DNA of 64,000 nt from an uncultured Pseudomonadota bacterium. GTDB taxonomy: Bacteria > Babelota > Babeliae > Babelales > JAUPTZ01. Below are positions 48,179 through 57,892 of this stretch, in pieces. The translations under genes and the position numbers were made by a program. How positions within the stretch are numbered: the first letter of the stretch is position 1; the number at the start of each line of letters is the position of its first letter. The stretch covers positions 1 through 64,000 of the forward strand of contig CAYSBJ010000002.1 of the NCBI GenBank assembly GCA_964429275.1. Reading direction: 5' to 3'. The notes below the pieces were generated by a model, which saw only the letters and a list, made by a program, of their open reading frames with translations, was not told the DNA's origin and did no database searches.

Positions 48179-50641
48179 ATGAGCGTAGCGCACACTCCTT
48201 TGATGGCCCAGTACCACCAGATCAAAGAAAATTATCCGGATGCCCTTCTCTTTTTTCAGGTAGGGGACTTTTATGAACTCTTTTTTGATGATGCGGTTCA
48301 AGCTGCTCGTTTTTTGGCTATAACGCTCACTAAGCGTGGCAAGAGCAATGGGATAGATATTCCGCTGTGCGGAGTGCCAGTGCATGCGCTTCACTTTTAT
48401 CTTACCAAGCTCGTTAAAGGTGGTTTTTCTGTGGCGCTCTGTGATCAACGATCCAAACCGCAGCCTGGTACCGTGGTAGAGCGTGCCGTGACCAAAGTAT
48501 ACACTCCTGGCACATTGACTGATGAGACCATGCTGAACGAAAAAACAGCATCGTATTTGTGTAGCGTTATGCTCGTGGCCGGTCATTATGAAATTGTAGC
48601 AGTGGAATTGTTGACGGCTCATTTAATGCAAACTTCAGTGCCGGTAAGCGATATACGCAGTCTTGAAGCAGAATTGTGTCGCTACATGCCGGATGAAGTG
48701 TTAGTGCTTGCCTCTGAAAGTGGGCTTGTTACCCTATGCAAAAAATGGGGCTATGTTGTAACACCAGTTCCTGGTTTTGCTGCTGATGCGCATGGCCTGC
48801 TTCGTGGTTATTTGGAGCGAGTGCAGCCAGCGATTATTGAACAGTTAACGGCACCGGTTTTCTATGAACCAACCAATTATGTTCTTCTCGATGCGGCGAC
48901 ACAGCGTAACATTGCCTTGATTCATAATTATGATGAAGGAAGTGATACGCATACGCTGTGTCATGCTGTTGATAACACAACGACGCCGATGGGAGCTCGT
49001 CTCTTAAAAAAATGGTTAGTGCGTCCATTACGTGATCAGAACTTGATAGAACAACGGCTTGAGGTTGTTTCATTGTTTGTGCAAAGCGTGACACTGACTG
49101 CACAGCTTACGCAGTTGTTGGCTCAAATCTCTGATATCGAACGTATTATTGGTCGCGTTGTATTAGTGCGCGCGACACTTGCTGATTATCGCGCATTACG
49201 TGATTCTCTTGTTTCAGTCGCGCAGGTACAAACGCTTCTTGCACCGTATGCAGGTAGCATCTCATTGCTTGGCTATCTCCTTGATCGTTGCGGCCAGTAT
49301 CAAGAGCTCTATGCACTGCTTGAGCGCAGTATTTATGATGGTGAAGAAGAGTGGAAGATTAAGGCCGGGTATAGTGAACAACTTGATATGGCTCGGGCTC
49401 TTTCCCGCGACGGACATGCACATATTCAGCGTTATGCTGCAGAGCAGGCGACCGTGCACGATATTCCTTCACTCAAAATTTTATATACTTCCGTTTCCGG
49501 GTATTTCATCGAAGTTACTAAGACTCACATTCATAAAGTGCCGGAAACGTATCGCCATATTCAAACACTTGCGGGGCGCGAGCGTTATGTAACGGCTGAA
49601 CTTTCAGCGTTAGAGCGGGCTCTGCATAGCGCTCATGATGACGTGCTTGCAATGGAAAAAGAATTGTATGCAACAGTGGAATCCTTTGTTCGTAGTTTTT
49701 CTGGTTCTCTGCGACGCACCGCGGCTGCACTGGCAACGCTTGATGTGCTTTGTGGTTTTGCGCAAACAGCTTCTATGCATCGCTATGTGCGCCCAAATTT
49801 CACGCATGATCAAATAATTTCTGTTACCGCAGGGCGACATCCGGTAGTGGAGTTAGCGTTAGAGGTAGGTCATTTTGTAGCCAATGACATTGCTTTAACA
49901 CCCATGCAGCGTTTGTGGATGGTGACCGGGCCGAACATGGGAGGTAAATCTACCTATTTACGCCAAGTCGCTCTAATCTCTTTGCTCGCGCAGTGTGGCA
50001 GTTTTGTGCCGGCAACGAGTGCAACCTTGATGTTGGTTGATCGTATTTTTACCCGTATTGGCGCTGGCGACAACGTTGCGCAAGGAAAGAGTACTTTCTT
50101 AATCGAAATGGAAGAGGCAGCAACTATTTGTACTCAGGCAACGGCACAAAGTTTAGTTATCCTTGATGAAGTTGGCCGAGGGACCAGTACGGAAGATGGT
50201 CGTGCGCTTGCGCAGGCAATTATTGAGTATGTTGCCCATACCGTTGGCTGCTTAACCTTATTTGCAACTCACTATCATGAATTGACCGATCTTGCCGCGC
50301 AGCAACCGGGAATCGCCAACTATCACATGGTTTGCTTTAAGCGGGGTGACACGCTTCATTTTCTCCATCGCATTGAACCGGGGGTTGCCACGGCAAGCTT
50401 TGGGGTTGATGTGGCGCATCTTGCCCAGTTGCCAGCCCCCATCATTGCCCGTGCGCGCCAACTGCTTGCACAGCCATTTATCTATGCACCGGCAAAGGCA
50501 TTACCTGAATTTTCTCAAAAAGATGTACGAGAAGCAGAAATTTGTAGAGAATTGCGATCGCTTGATGTTGACGCACTTTCTCCCCGCGCTGCATTTGAGC
50601 TTGTATACCGACTGAAAGCCCAGTTGAACGAAGAAAAATAA
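48179..50641 (+). CDS. mutS: DNA mismatch repair protein MutS
   Basis: TPLMAQY, GDFYELF, TGPNMGGKST, STF..EM, DEVGRGT, FATHYHEL. Confidence 0.97.
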   Translation: MSVAHTPLMAQYHQIKENYPDALLFFQVGDFYELFFDDAVQAARFLAITLTKRGKSNGIDIPLCGVPVHALHFYLTKLVKGGFSVALCDQRSKPQPGTVVERAVTKVYTPGTLTDETMLNEKTASYLCSVMLVAGHYEIVAVELLTAHLMQTSVPVSDIRSLEAELCRYMPDEVLVLASESGLVTLCKKWGYVVTPVPGFAADAHGLLRGYLERVQPAIIEQLTAPVFYEPTNYVLLDAATQRNIALIHNYDEGSDTHTLCHAVDNTTTPMGARLLKKWLVRPLRDQNLIEQRLEVVSLFVQSVTLTAQLTQLLAQISDIERIIGRVVLVRATLADYRALRDSLVSVAQVQTLLAPYAGSISLLGYLLDRCGQYQELYALLERSIYDGEEEWKIKAGYSEQLDMARALSRDGHAHIQRYAAEQATVHDIPSLKILYTSVSGYFIEVTKTHIHKVPETYRHIQTLAGRERYVTAELSALERALHSAHDDVLAMEKELYATVESFVRSFSGSLRRTAAALATLDVLCGFAQTASMHRYVRPNFTHDQIISVTAGRHPVVELALEVGHFVANDIALTPMQRLWMVTGPNMGGKSTYLRQVALISLLAQCGSFVPATSATLMLVDRIFTRIGAGDNVAQGKSTFLIEMEEAATICTQATAQSLVILDEVGRGTSTEDGRALAQAIIEYVAHTVGCLTLFATHYHELTDLAAQQPGIANYHMVCFKRGDTLHFLHRIEPGVATASFGVDVAHLAQLPAPIIARARQLLAQPFIYAPAKALPEFSQKDVREAEICRELRSLDVDALSPRAAFELVYRLKAQLNEEK

Positions 50642-50660
50642 TGAGATAAAAGGGTTTGTA

Positions 50661-51764
50661 ATGGGTGTTTTAATGATGGCGTTGCTGTCCAGCGTTATGT
50701 GCGGTTATCTTAATGGAACAGATGCTCCTGTTGTATCGTTATCTGTAGTATCGCCAGCGTCGCCGCTCGACTCATTAGCGAGAACTCGGCGTCTTACTGC
50801 TACATCGTTTAGCTCTGAAGACTGTGATGGGGAAATTGATTCTTTATATGGCGACTCACCACTGCCGGATTCTCCTGATGAGCGCCGCGAAGCAGCATCA
50901 AAACTGAGTGAAATTTCAGGAATTGATAGTCCGGCGTTGCGCGAGGCTGAGTCCGATTGGTATGCAAAATTACCAGCAGATTTGTGGGATCGAACTAAAC
51001 CGGCATGCCCTTCAGCATTTCTTCGCATTATTGCTTTACGTCTAGAGTTAACGATGACGCAAAGCGAGATCGATGATTTTTCGGGGTTGTTTTACTGTCT
51101 TGATGGAGTTACGCTTCAGGCTGTTGGATTTGTTTGGGCAAATAAAGAAGGGGATGTTGATTGTGTATCCCGTAAAAAAGTCTTGATAGGGATGCTTCTT
51201 CACTACAAAAGGCACTTTTATCCAGGTACGCCGTACATGCTTTTTGCGTACGATAAGGAACTTATAATGAAGCTGCTGCGGTTAAGTACGACTTCATGGC
51301 TTGGTCGTGCAACGGCAGCATGCCATGCATGTATGCTCGCGGAAAGTAAGCTGAATTCCTCTGTTTATGGTATTTTGAAGTTTATGCCTACTGGTCCCCT
51401 TTTATTTTCGGAGAGTCGAGATTTTTTTTATAAAGCAACTCGGATTCAGCAGCACTATTTTATTAAAAGCCCTAGCTCTGTATATACCACTTGGAGTGAT
51501 TTTATTGCTGATCTTGATAAGTTTTTTGATGATGAAAACCGTCCGCGAGTACATGCAGCCTTTGAGCTTCTAGCAAGCCGCTTGCAGCAGTTGTTGAAAG
51601 CGGCATTCTTTGCAGATATGGCAACCGCTTTTTCTGTGGTTCTTGATGAATTAACTCAGAGCGAATATCACGATATATTTGCTCGTGAAGAGATCGTGAC
51701 GTGTATTGCGAAGTGGCGTGCTGCTTTGTATAAGGGGTGGTATGGAGCGTCGGTAAAAGCCTAA
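50661..51764 (+). CDS. Hypothetical protein
   Basis: 367-aa ORF; signal-like N-terminus followed by a Ser/Pro-rich region. Confidence 0.7.
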   Translation: MGVLMMALLSSVMCGYLNGTDAPVVSLSVVSPASPLDSLARTRRLTATSFSSEDCDGEIDSLYGDSPLPDSPDERREAASKLSEISGIDSPALREAESDWYAKLPADLWDRTKPACPSAFLRIIALRLELTMTQSEIDDFSGLFYCLDGVTLQAVGFVWANKEGDVDCVSRKKVLIGMLLHYKRHFYPGTPYMLFAYDKELIMKLLRLSTTSWLGRATAACHACMLAESKLNSSVYGILKFMPTGPLLFSESRDFFYKATRIQQHYFIKSPSSVYTTWSDFIADLDKFFDDENRPRVHAAFELLASRLQQLLKAAFFADMATAFSVVLDELTQSEYHDIFAREEIVTCIAKWRAALYKGWYGASVKA

Positions 51765-53197
51765 GCTTCTTCTCCCGGCGCTTTGCCGAGTACTGTTTTT
51801 ACAAACAGATCCCACTTGATTTTGACCCCTTTGCCTCTGAGGAGTGGTAGCTCTGCACGCTCATTACAGCTGCTGCGGAGTGCCAAAGTTCCTTGGTAGC
51901 AGCGCAACGCATCTGCAGTGTGGAGCGTGACGAAGTCGGCCACGGCCTGGGCATCTTCTCCGTCCATGATGTAAGCATGGTACGCAACGCGAACGAGCTG
52001 CATCATCAATTCCTCGTTATCAAGTACATGGTCGACCGGCTTTTCAAACGAATAGCGGATGATTGACTGGTGGTAGTGGCAGATCAGTCCAATAAAGGAA
52101 CGTAATCTTCCTGGGTGTTTGCCATCGCTGCTTGGCGTAATGGCCATGCGTGCGCACAAAGTACCCAGTTCTTCGGTGAACTGATGGCGCGGCAATGGTT
52201 GGCGGCGATGATGCAAAATCAGCATTATGGCACGAACAAAGCAGGCCTGTTCCCCATCAAGAGTAAGGGTCCACTCGGTAGCCTGTGGCACTTGTTGCGT
52301 TGCTGGTATGTTAAGCGTAATTGCCATTGGCGCAAACGGTTCTTCTGGGTCTCCCGAGCCGGCATACCAAAACGGGATGTAGACTGATCCGCCATGCGGC
52401 AGTTGGATAGTGGTCGGCTTTGTTTGGTAGTAGTCAATTTGTGCAAGGAGCGCATTAAGGTATTCGGTACGCTGTGCATCAGTGGTGTTGGTGATGAGCG
52501 AGGCGAGAGCGCCACCTTTTTGGCTCAAGATAATAAATTGAGCGGCGCATTGGTCTGGCGCTTGTGTTAGATAGGTTTCAAGGCCAATACGTTCTGGTGT
52601 GCTTAGCACAGGCATGCTGTAGAGTGAGCATTGGTCACCACCCTGGGTGAGTTTCAGACGTGCTATTAATGTTTCAAGCGCCTCGCGTACGGTGGCAAGG
52701 TCAGCAGTTTTTTGTTGGCTCACAGTCCAGGCAAGCTGGGCGAGCTTAAAATAAAATTCTTGGCATGGGGTTACGGTTACTGCTGGCGCGATAAAGTGGC
52801 GGATGGTGCGGCGTAATGAGCGTGACTTGCACAGTTGAAAGCTGAGGCCGTCGTAGTTAAATTGTACATTGACGGTGCCACGGATGCCTTCAAATGGCTG
52901 ATTTTTGTTTCCTGCTCCTTTGTATCCCCATCGAAGCTGATAAGTCAGTTCAATAGGGGCTGCTTCTTCATATCCATTTTTTGAAATATTTTTCTTGCGC
53001 TTTGGTAATTGGATAGAAAAAGCTATTTCGCGGGCGTGATCGAAGTTAAGACCGTCGTTGATTGCTTCAGTGAGCTCGGCATTACCGGTCAGAAGAGGGA
53101 TAAGAATGGGGGCGCTCAGGGCTAGTGGCCACTGAGTAGCATCGCTCGTGAGCGGCGTACAGAGTGCCGTCGCGATAAGGAGGAGGTATTTTTTCAT
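51761..53197 (-). CDS. Hypothetical secreted protein
   Basis: MKKYLLLIATALC signal peptide. Confidence 0.75.
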   Translation of the reverse strand: MKKYLLLIATALCTPLTSDATQWPLALSAPILIPLLTGNAELTEAINDGLNFDHAREIAFSIQLPKRKKNISKNGYEEAAPIELTYQLRWGYKGAGNKNQPFEGIRGTVNVQFNYDGLSFQLCKSRSLRRTIRHFIAPAVTVTPCQEFYFKLAQLAWTVSQQKTADLATVREALETLIARLKLTQGGDQCSLYSMPVLSTPERIGLETYLTQAPDQCAAQFIILSQKGGALASLITNTTDAQRTEYLNALLAQIDYYQTKPTTIQLPHGGSVYIPFWYAGSGDPEEPFAPMAITLNIPATQQVPQATEWTLTLDGEQACFVRAIMLILHHRRQPLPRHQFTEELGTLCARMAITPSSDGKHPGRLRSFIGLICHYHQSIIRYSFEKPVDHVLDNEELMMQLVRVAYHAYIMDGEDAQAVADFVTLHTADALRCYQGTLALRSSCNERAELPLLRGKGVKIKWDLFVKTVLGKAPGEEA

Positions 53198-53259
53198 AAG
53201 AATGCCTTTGTATTAAGGTTTTACGTATGTGTCTAACCTAGGGGTAAATGGCAGAAATG

Positions 53260-55053
53260 TCAATTGCTAGGCGCCTGGGGTAGTCTTTGTCGCTCCCCCA
53301 AAGTTGCAATAATGCCTCGTAAGATCGCTCCGTGTTTCATAATGACATGGCGCATGTAGCGGACCAAGCGTTCTGCCCGTTCGGGGGGGTATATAAGCCG
53401 TGGGGTAGCGTAATTCGGGTCTGTGGCTGGATTGAAGAGTGGGTCGTATTCTGCATCTCCCTCGATGGTACAGTAAACAATAACAGGCCCGGTGGCGGGA
53501 TTGCCGTGAACCGAAAGGGGATTTATCGTTATGGCTTCTTCATCAATTTTGGGTAGCCACGGGGCTTCTTCATGCGCTGCTTCCCAGCCGTTTCGTAGGG
53601 ATTTAAGGCGACCGAGGCGTTCTTGTTTACAGTCTACGACAAACAATAGATCGAATGGTTTACTGCTTACCTTAATCGCTGGTTCGAGCGGAAGATTGTT
53701 GAGATATCCCCCGTCGACAAGCGTGATGTTTTTAACATGTGCATGAGGAGAATCGATTGCTTGAAAGCGGGGGTTTGCAATTTTTGCGGCGGTTATTTTG
53801 GTATTGCTCCAGTTTCTGGTTTGCCAGCTTTGGGGAAGAATTTTGTCTACGAACGGCTGAAGCTTTTCTGGCACCCGTTCGAGGGCATCCCGAATACTTA
53901 TGGAGAACGATGAGCCAAAAATGCCGAGCAAGTAGCAAAGACGGGGGGGTGGGGGAGATGAAAGCTGCTGATAGGTATGGAATTGTGCTCCAAGAAGGTG
54001 AATAGGAACGGTAAGATGATCGTTCAGGAGTTCGAGGGCAAAAGGAGAGACTATCCCCCACTCATAGGTATCGGTTGGTTGTGGTCGTGTTACGGCGGTT
54101 CCGAGAATTAAGGGGTACTTTTCTGGGGTCATGGCGCGTGCAGCGTCCTCCATACTCAACTCAAGAGCGTTTGTGTGGAGCGGCTTGAGTAAGGTATAGG
54201 CCAAGCTGATGCCGTACAAATCAATGCCACTTATGGAGAGGCGATGCGCTTTTTTTGTCGCGATGACGGTAGCAAAGTCATGGTATTGTTCTGCGAGGTG
54301 ATGAATAAGGCCCTGCGATAACCAAGTGATTAATTTGCTGGTATATGCGGTTGGTGTTTCACCGCTGAGTAGCCACGGGAACAAGAACCAGGTGGTGCCA
54401 GAAAGACCAAGGCACGTCTGGATGAGAGGAAGGACGCCGAGTTCTTCGAGCCCACTCATCACACCGGCGATAGTGAGCATGGCGCGAAAGCCGCCGCCAC
54501 TCGCACAGAGGCCGATAGTGAGGGGGCGGGCAAGCGCATGACCACAGTATGCCTCTTGAGTTATATGTGTTTGTATAAAGCGTTTTTGGAGGAATTCTTT
54601 TTCTGCTACGAGCGCGGCACGGGTTAGTGCGGTCGGCGTATAATGGTGCGGCGGTGCATATGTGTTCCAGGTCTGCGTATCAAAAAGTTGAGGAGTGCCT
54701 TCTATTTGATTAATGCAGGCGGTATAGTCAGTGGCCTTAAATAGGCCGAGCATTGCCTTTGCGGCGACACGCATGTCTTTGGTTGGAGAAAGTTCTTCCG
54801 AGCTGAGTGCGACACACAAATGACGAACGGAAAGAAATTGAGGGGAAGGAAGCTCCAGGTGAAGTGCATTGTTGTTAGGGAGATAGTAGGGGCCATTAAT
54901 GCGGGTGCCGACAGTCCCTTTGGTATAGTAAAGGGCTGCGTAAAGTGGAATAGGCGATTGATTTGCTACCCGCAGCATACTGGGGTCAAGAAACCAGGCA
55001 TTTACGTTGTTGGTAATGAGGAAAACACAGATTATTAGAGAGGATTTATTCAT
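53260..55053 (-). CDS. cPLA2/lysophospholipase-like (patatin superfamily) phospholipase
   Basis: SGGGFRAM, GLSGTTW, LVDGG..NLP; likely start MNKSS at 55053. Confidence 0.85.
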   Translation of the reverse strand: MNKSSLIICVFLITNNVNAWFLDPSMLRVANQSPIPLYAALYYTKGTVGTRINGPYYLPNNNALHLELPSPQFLSVRHLCVALSSEELSPTKDMRVAAKAMLGLFKATDYTACINQIEGTPQLFDTQTWNTYAPPHHYTPTALTRAALVAEKEFLQKRFIQTHITQEAYCGHALARPLTIGLCASGGGFRAMLTIAGVMSGLEELGVLPLIQTCLGLSGTTWFLFPWLLSGETPTAYTSKLITWLSQGLIHHLAEQYHDFATVIATKKAHRLSISGIDLYGISLAYTLLKPLHTNALELSMEDAARAMTPEKYPLILGTAVTRPQPTDTYEWGIVSPFALELLNDHLTVPIHLLGAQFHTYQQLSSPPPPRLCYLLGIFGSSFSISIRDALERVPEKLQPFVDKILPQSWQTRNWSNTKITAAKIANPRFQAIDSPHAHVKNITLVDGGYLNNLPLEPAIKVSSKPFDLLFVVDCKQERLGRLKSLRNGWEAAHEEAPWLPKIDEEAITINPLSVHGNPATGPVIVYCTIEGDAEYDPLFNPATDPNYATPRLIYPPERAERLVRYMRHVIMKHGAILRGIIATLGERQRLPQAPSN

Positions 55054-55173
55054 GGTCGGATGGTAGCACAAAACCTTTTGCAGCTCAATGAAACGGGGAA
55101 AAATTGACTTTGATAGGGGGTGGTTGTTACAACTGTGCCGCACGTACAATCGAACAATTTAAGGAGATAGAAC

Positions 55174-55971
55174 ATGAAAAGAATACTGATGGCCCTGCTT
55201 GCGGTCACAAGCGTTATGGCCTGTCAGGCAGTATCGCGCGAAGTGAACGCTATTCGGGTGGATGCGGTGGAGACCTTGTGTCGGGTGCTGCCGGACACCT
55301 TTGTTTCTCGCAATTTGCTTGCTGATGCTATGCAATTCATTGAAAAAGAGTTGGACCCCGCCGTTCACCAAAAACTACTTGAGTTGCAAGATGAAGCGGA
55401 CAAGTTGAATGCGATAAAAACGCAGATGTTGGCAATTCCAAATGTTACGGCTGATAGTCCTGCGGTTCAAAGCATTGATGTTATGCTCAATGATATAGCG
55501 AAAAAATTTAATGATTTGCTCTATAACGGCGGATTCTTTAATTGGCGTACCTTGTTGTCAGTCGGGATTGGCCTTAATACTGGGCTGTATTGTGGATTAA
55601 ACTACAAGAAAAACGGCGTAACAGCCGTGGGTAAAGCATGGCATGGCGTAGTGGTTGGCTTTGTTGCGGCAATGTTGCTGGAATTTTCACTTCGCGGTCG
55701 CAAAGCGTTGATTGCCGGCAGCGTTTTTAATGTTATGGCCATGGTTGCTGAAGTTATGTACAAGTTTTTTAGCGCCCTTTTTGGTAAATCTGGCACGGGA
55801 GATCGTTGGCTTTCAACGTTGGAAATACAAATGCGTAGCTGGGGTTCACAGCTTGATAAAATCTTTAATAATAAGTGGGGAGCCCTTGGTATTACTGGTG
55901 TTGCGATGCTGGGCGCAGGGCTTATTATAATTAAGCGACAGCGTGATCTGAATCTGCTAAAAACAGCATAA
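55174..55971 (+). CDS. Hypothetical exported membrane protein
   Basis: AAGGAG SD, signal peptide, several hydrophobic segments. Confidence 0.8.
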   Translation: MKRILMALLAVTSVMACQAVSREVNAIRVDAVETLCRVLPDTFVSRNLLADAMQFIEKELDPAVHQKLLELQDEADKLNAIKTQMLAIPNVTADSPAVQSIDVMLNDIAKKFNDLLYNGGFFNWRTLLSVGIGLNTGLYCGLNYKKNGVTAVGKAWHGVVVGFVAAMLLEFSLRGRKALIAGSVFNVMAMVAEVMYKFFSALFGKSGTGDRWLSTLEIQMRSWGSQLDKIFNNKWGALGITGVAMLGAGLIIIKRQRDLNLLKTA

Positions 55972-55987
55972 ATTTTTCTATAAAAGT

Positions 55988-56031
55988 AAAAAGGGGCGAC
56001 ATGTCTGTGAGGCATGTCGCCCCTTTTTTTT
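55988..56031 (+). terminator. Rho-independent terminator
   Basis: aaaaaggggcgacatgtc-tgtga-ggcatgtcgcccctttttttt. Confidence 0.9.
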
Positions 56032-56220
56032 AGTGAAACCCTTGTTTTTCGTTACTCATTGTCATTAATCTAGTGATGTATTGATTCAAGACCATCTTGA
56101 TACAAAACAATTTTAAAAGGCTTCGAGAAACCCTGAAGGCGCTTTTAAAATAAGGTTTTTGCGCATAGCAAGAAGACTCAGGGTCATACATATAGTAACT
56201 ATTTAAAAGGAGATACGTAT

Positions 56221-56763
56221 ATGAAACGTATTATGATGTTAGTACTCAGCCTTGCTACAATAAGTGGCGTACATGCTGCTACGACTGCACCTGCAACAGG
56301 AACCACTGCACCAGCTACTGAAAAAGGCTACATGGGTAGAGCGTGGGATGGAACGAAGGGTTTCTTCAAAGAACACGTTCAAGACTATCACATGGCTACT
56401 GATATAGATGAAAAGGATAATGCTCGTCGCAATGCTCGCATCCGTCGTGGTGTAGGTTCAGCGTTGGGCGCTGGTGGGCTTGGTCTTGCTGCAGCTGAAA
56501 TTGCGATGAACAGAAACTTTTTCTTGGAGTTCTTGTCTAAGTATATCAAGAATGAAGGTGCGCAGAATATTATGAATAAGCGTACTACTAAACTTCTTGC
56601 TTCATTGCTTCAAGCAGTCGCACTTGACGAACTTGGCGGATTAGTTAATGGTCAAGGCGGACGTCGTGGTCTTGTTTCAGGTGGTATTCGTGATGGCTAC
56701 GCCTGGGGTAAGAAGAAATGGGGTAAGAAGTCTTCTGAATCTACGGAGCCTGTGAAATCTTAA
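56221..56763 (+). CDS. Hypothetical secreted protein, probably highly expressed
   Basis: AAGGAG SD, signal peptide, Ala/Thr linker, biased codons (cgt, ggt, gct). Confidence 0.8.
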   Translation: MKRIMMLVLSLATISGVHAATTAPATGTTAPATEKGYMGRAWDGTKGFFKEHVQDYHMATDIDEKDNARRNARIRRGVGSALGAGGLGLAAAEIAMNRNFFLEFLSKYIKNEGAQNIMNKRTTKLLASLLQAVALDELGGLVNGQGGRRGLVSGGIRDGYAWGKKKWGKKSSESTEPVKS

Positions 56764-56787
56764 GCTCTACTTAGATACTCTTTACAG

Positions 56788-56815
56788 AAAAGCCCTGGTG
56801 AAAACCGGGGCTTTT
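56788..56815 (+). terminator. Rho-independent terminator
   Basis: aaaagccctggt-gaaa-accggggctttt. Confidence 0.85.
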
Positions 56816-57002
56816 CCCTTTTTAGCCCAAAACTCTTCTCTTTTCCCTTCTCCTTCTTCCACTCTATAGTCAAATGTGTCCAAAATAAGCAGACAATGGT
56901 AGCTGTCATTTTGAACTGCATTGACTCTAGTGTGATCGGCCGGTGGCGATCGCGTACCTATAACCGTTGCAGTATGCAACGTATCATTGCGGGGAGGAAT
57001 AC

Positions 57003-57872
57003 ATGAAAAAAATGCTGCTACTTGGTTTCTTATTGGTGGTGTCGGTTGATGCTGGAGCAAAGACTGGAAAAGAATGGTCGGAAAAGAAAATTAAAGGAAC
57101 GCATTTAAGGCAAACCTCTTTCTATGTAAATGAACAAGGTCATTTGCGTTCAACGGTGCGGCATAAGGAATATACTTCAGGCGCTCTTTTTGACATTGCA
57201 CTGAAAGTCACCAATGACTCCCTGGCGCATGCTCAAGATTGGAATGCAGAAGTATATACGGTCAAAATGATCGACGTTGGCACAAAAAAATATAAAAAAG
57301 AGAAGTTCTCTCGTGCGCAGCTCTATACGGCTATTATTGCAACGTTGAAAGAGCAAGAGAGTCGAGAACAGACTTATCCCGTAACCGCGATGATTCAAGG
57401 CTTGGAAAGCTTTCAGGATTTTATTACTCAATATCCACATAGAGTGTCTGAATTAGCCGAAAAACTGAGTATTAAAAAAGGCTCTCCACGCCAAGGGTGT
57501 CTTGAAGTTCTTTCTGGTTTAGCATCACCAGCGTCGCCTACAGAACCCCAACCAGCATTGACTAATGCTTCAGTAGTAGTTGCCGCAGCGACAAAGGCCC
57601 CAGCAGAAGTAGTAAATCCAATACCAGCTTCTCAGGCCGCGTTGGAAAATGGTGCTGCAGCCGCTCAAGGTACTTCAGTCGCCGCGACGCAAAGCTCAAG
57701 TTTTATTACTCTGAAGCAAGCAGCACTTATTCTGTCTGGTACGTTGGTCGTTATTATTGGCGCAGACTATGCAAAACGTGGCCCTGACTCGGTACTTGCA
57801 CGTGCTTGGGCAAAAGGAAAGAAGTGTGCGCGTAATGTAATGCACTGTTTGTTTGGTTCTACGAAAAGCTAA
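57003..57872 (+). CDS. Hypothetical exported protein with C-terminal anchor; paralogue of 57893
   Basis: GGAGGA SD; signal peptide; C-terminal TM plus DYAKRG. Confidence 0.8.
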   Translation: MKKMLLLGFLLVVSVDAGAKTGKEWSEKKIKGTHLRQTSFYVNEQGHLRSTVRHKEYTSGALFDIALKVTNDSLAHAQDWNAEVYTVKMIDVGTKKYKKEKFSRAQLYTAIIATLKEQESREQTYPVTAMIQGLESFQDFITQYPHRVSELAEKLSIKKGSPRQGCLEVLSGLASPASPTEPQPALTNASVVVAAATKAPAEVVNPIPASQAALENGAAAAQGTSVAATQSSSFITLKQAALILSGTLVVIIGADYAKRGPDSVLARAWAKGKKCARNVMHCLFGSTKS

Positions 57873-57892
57873 TACGCAGAGGGTGGGGGGAT

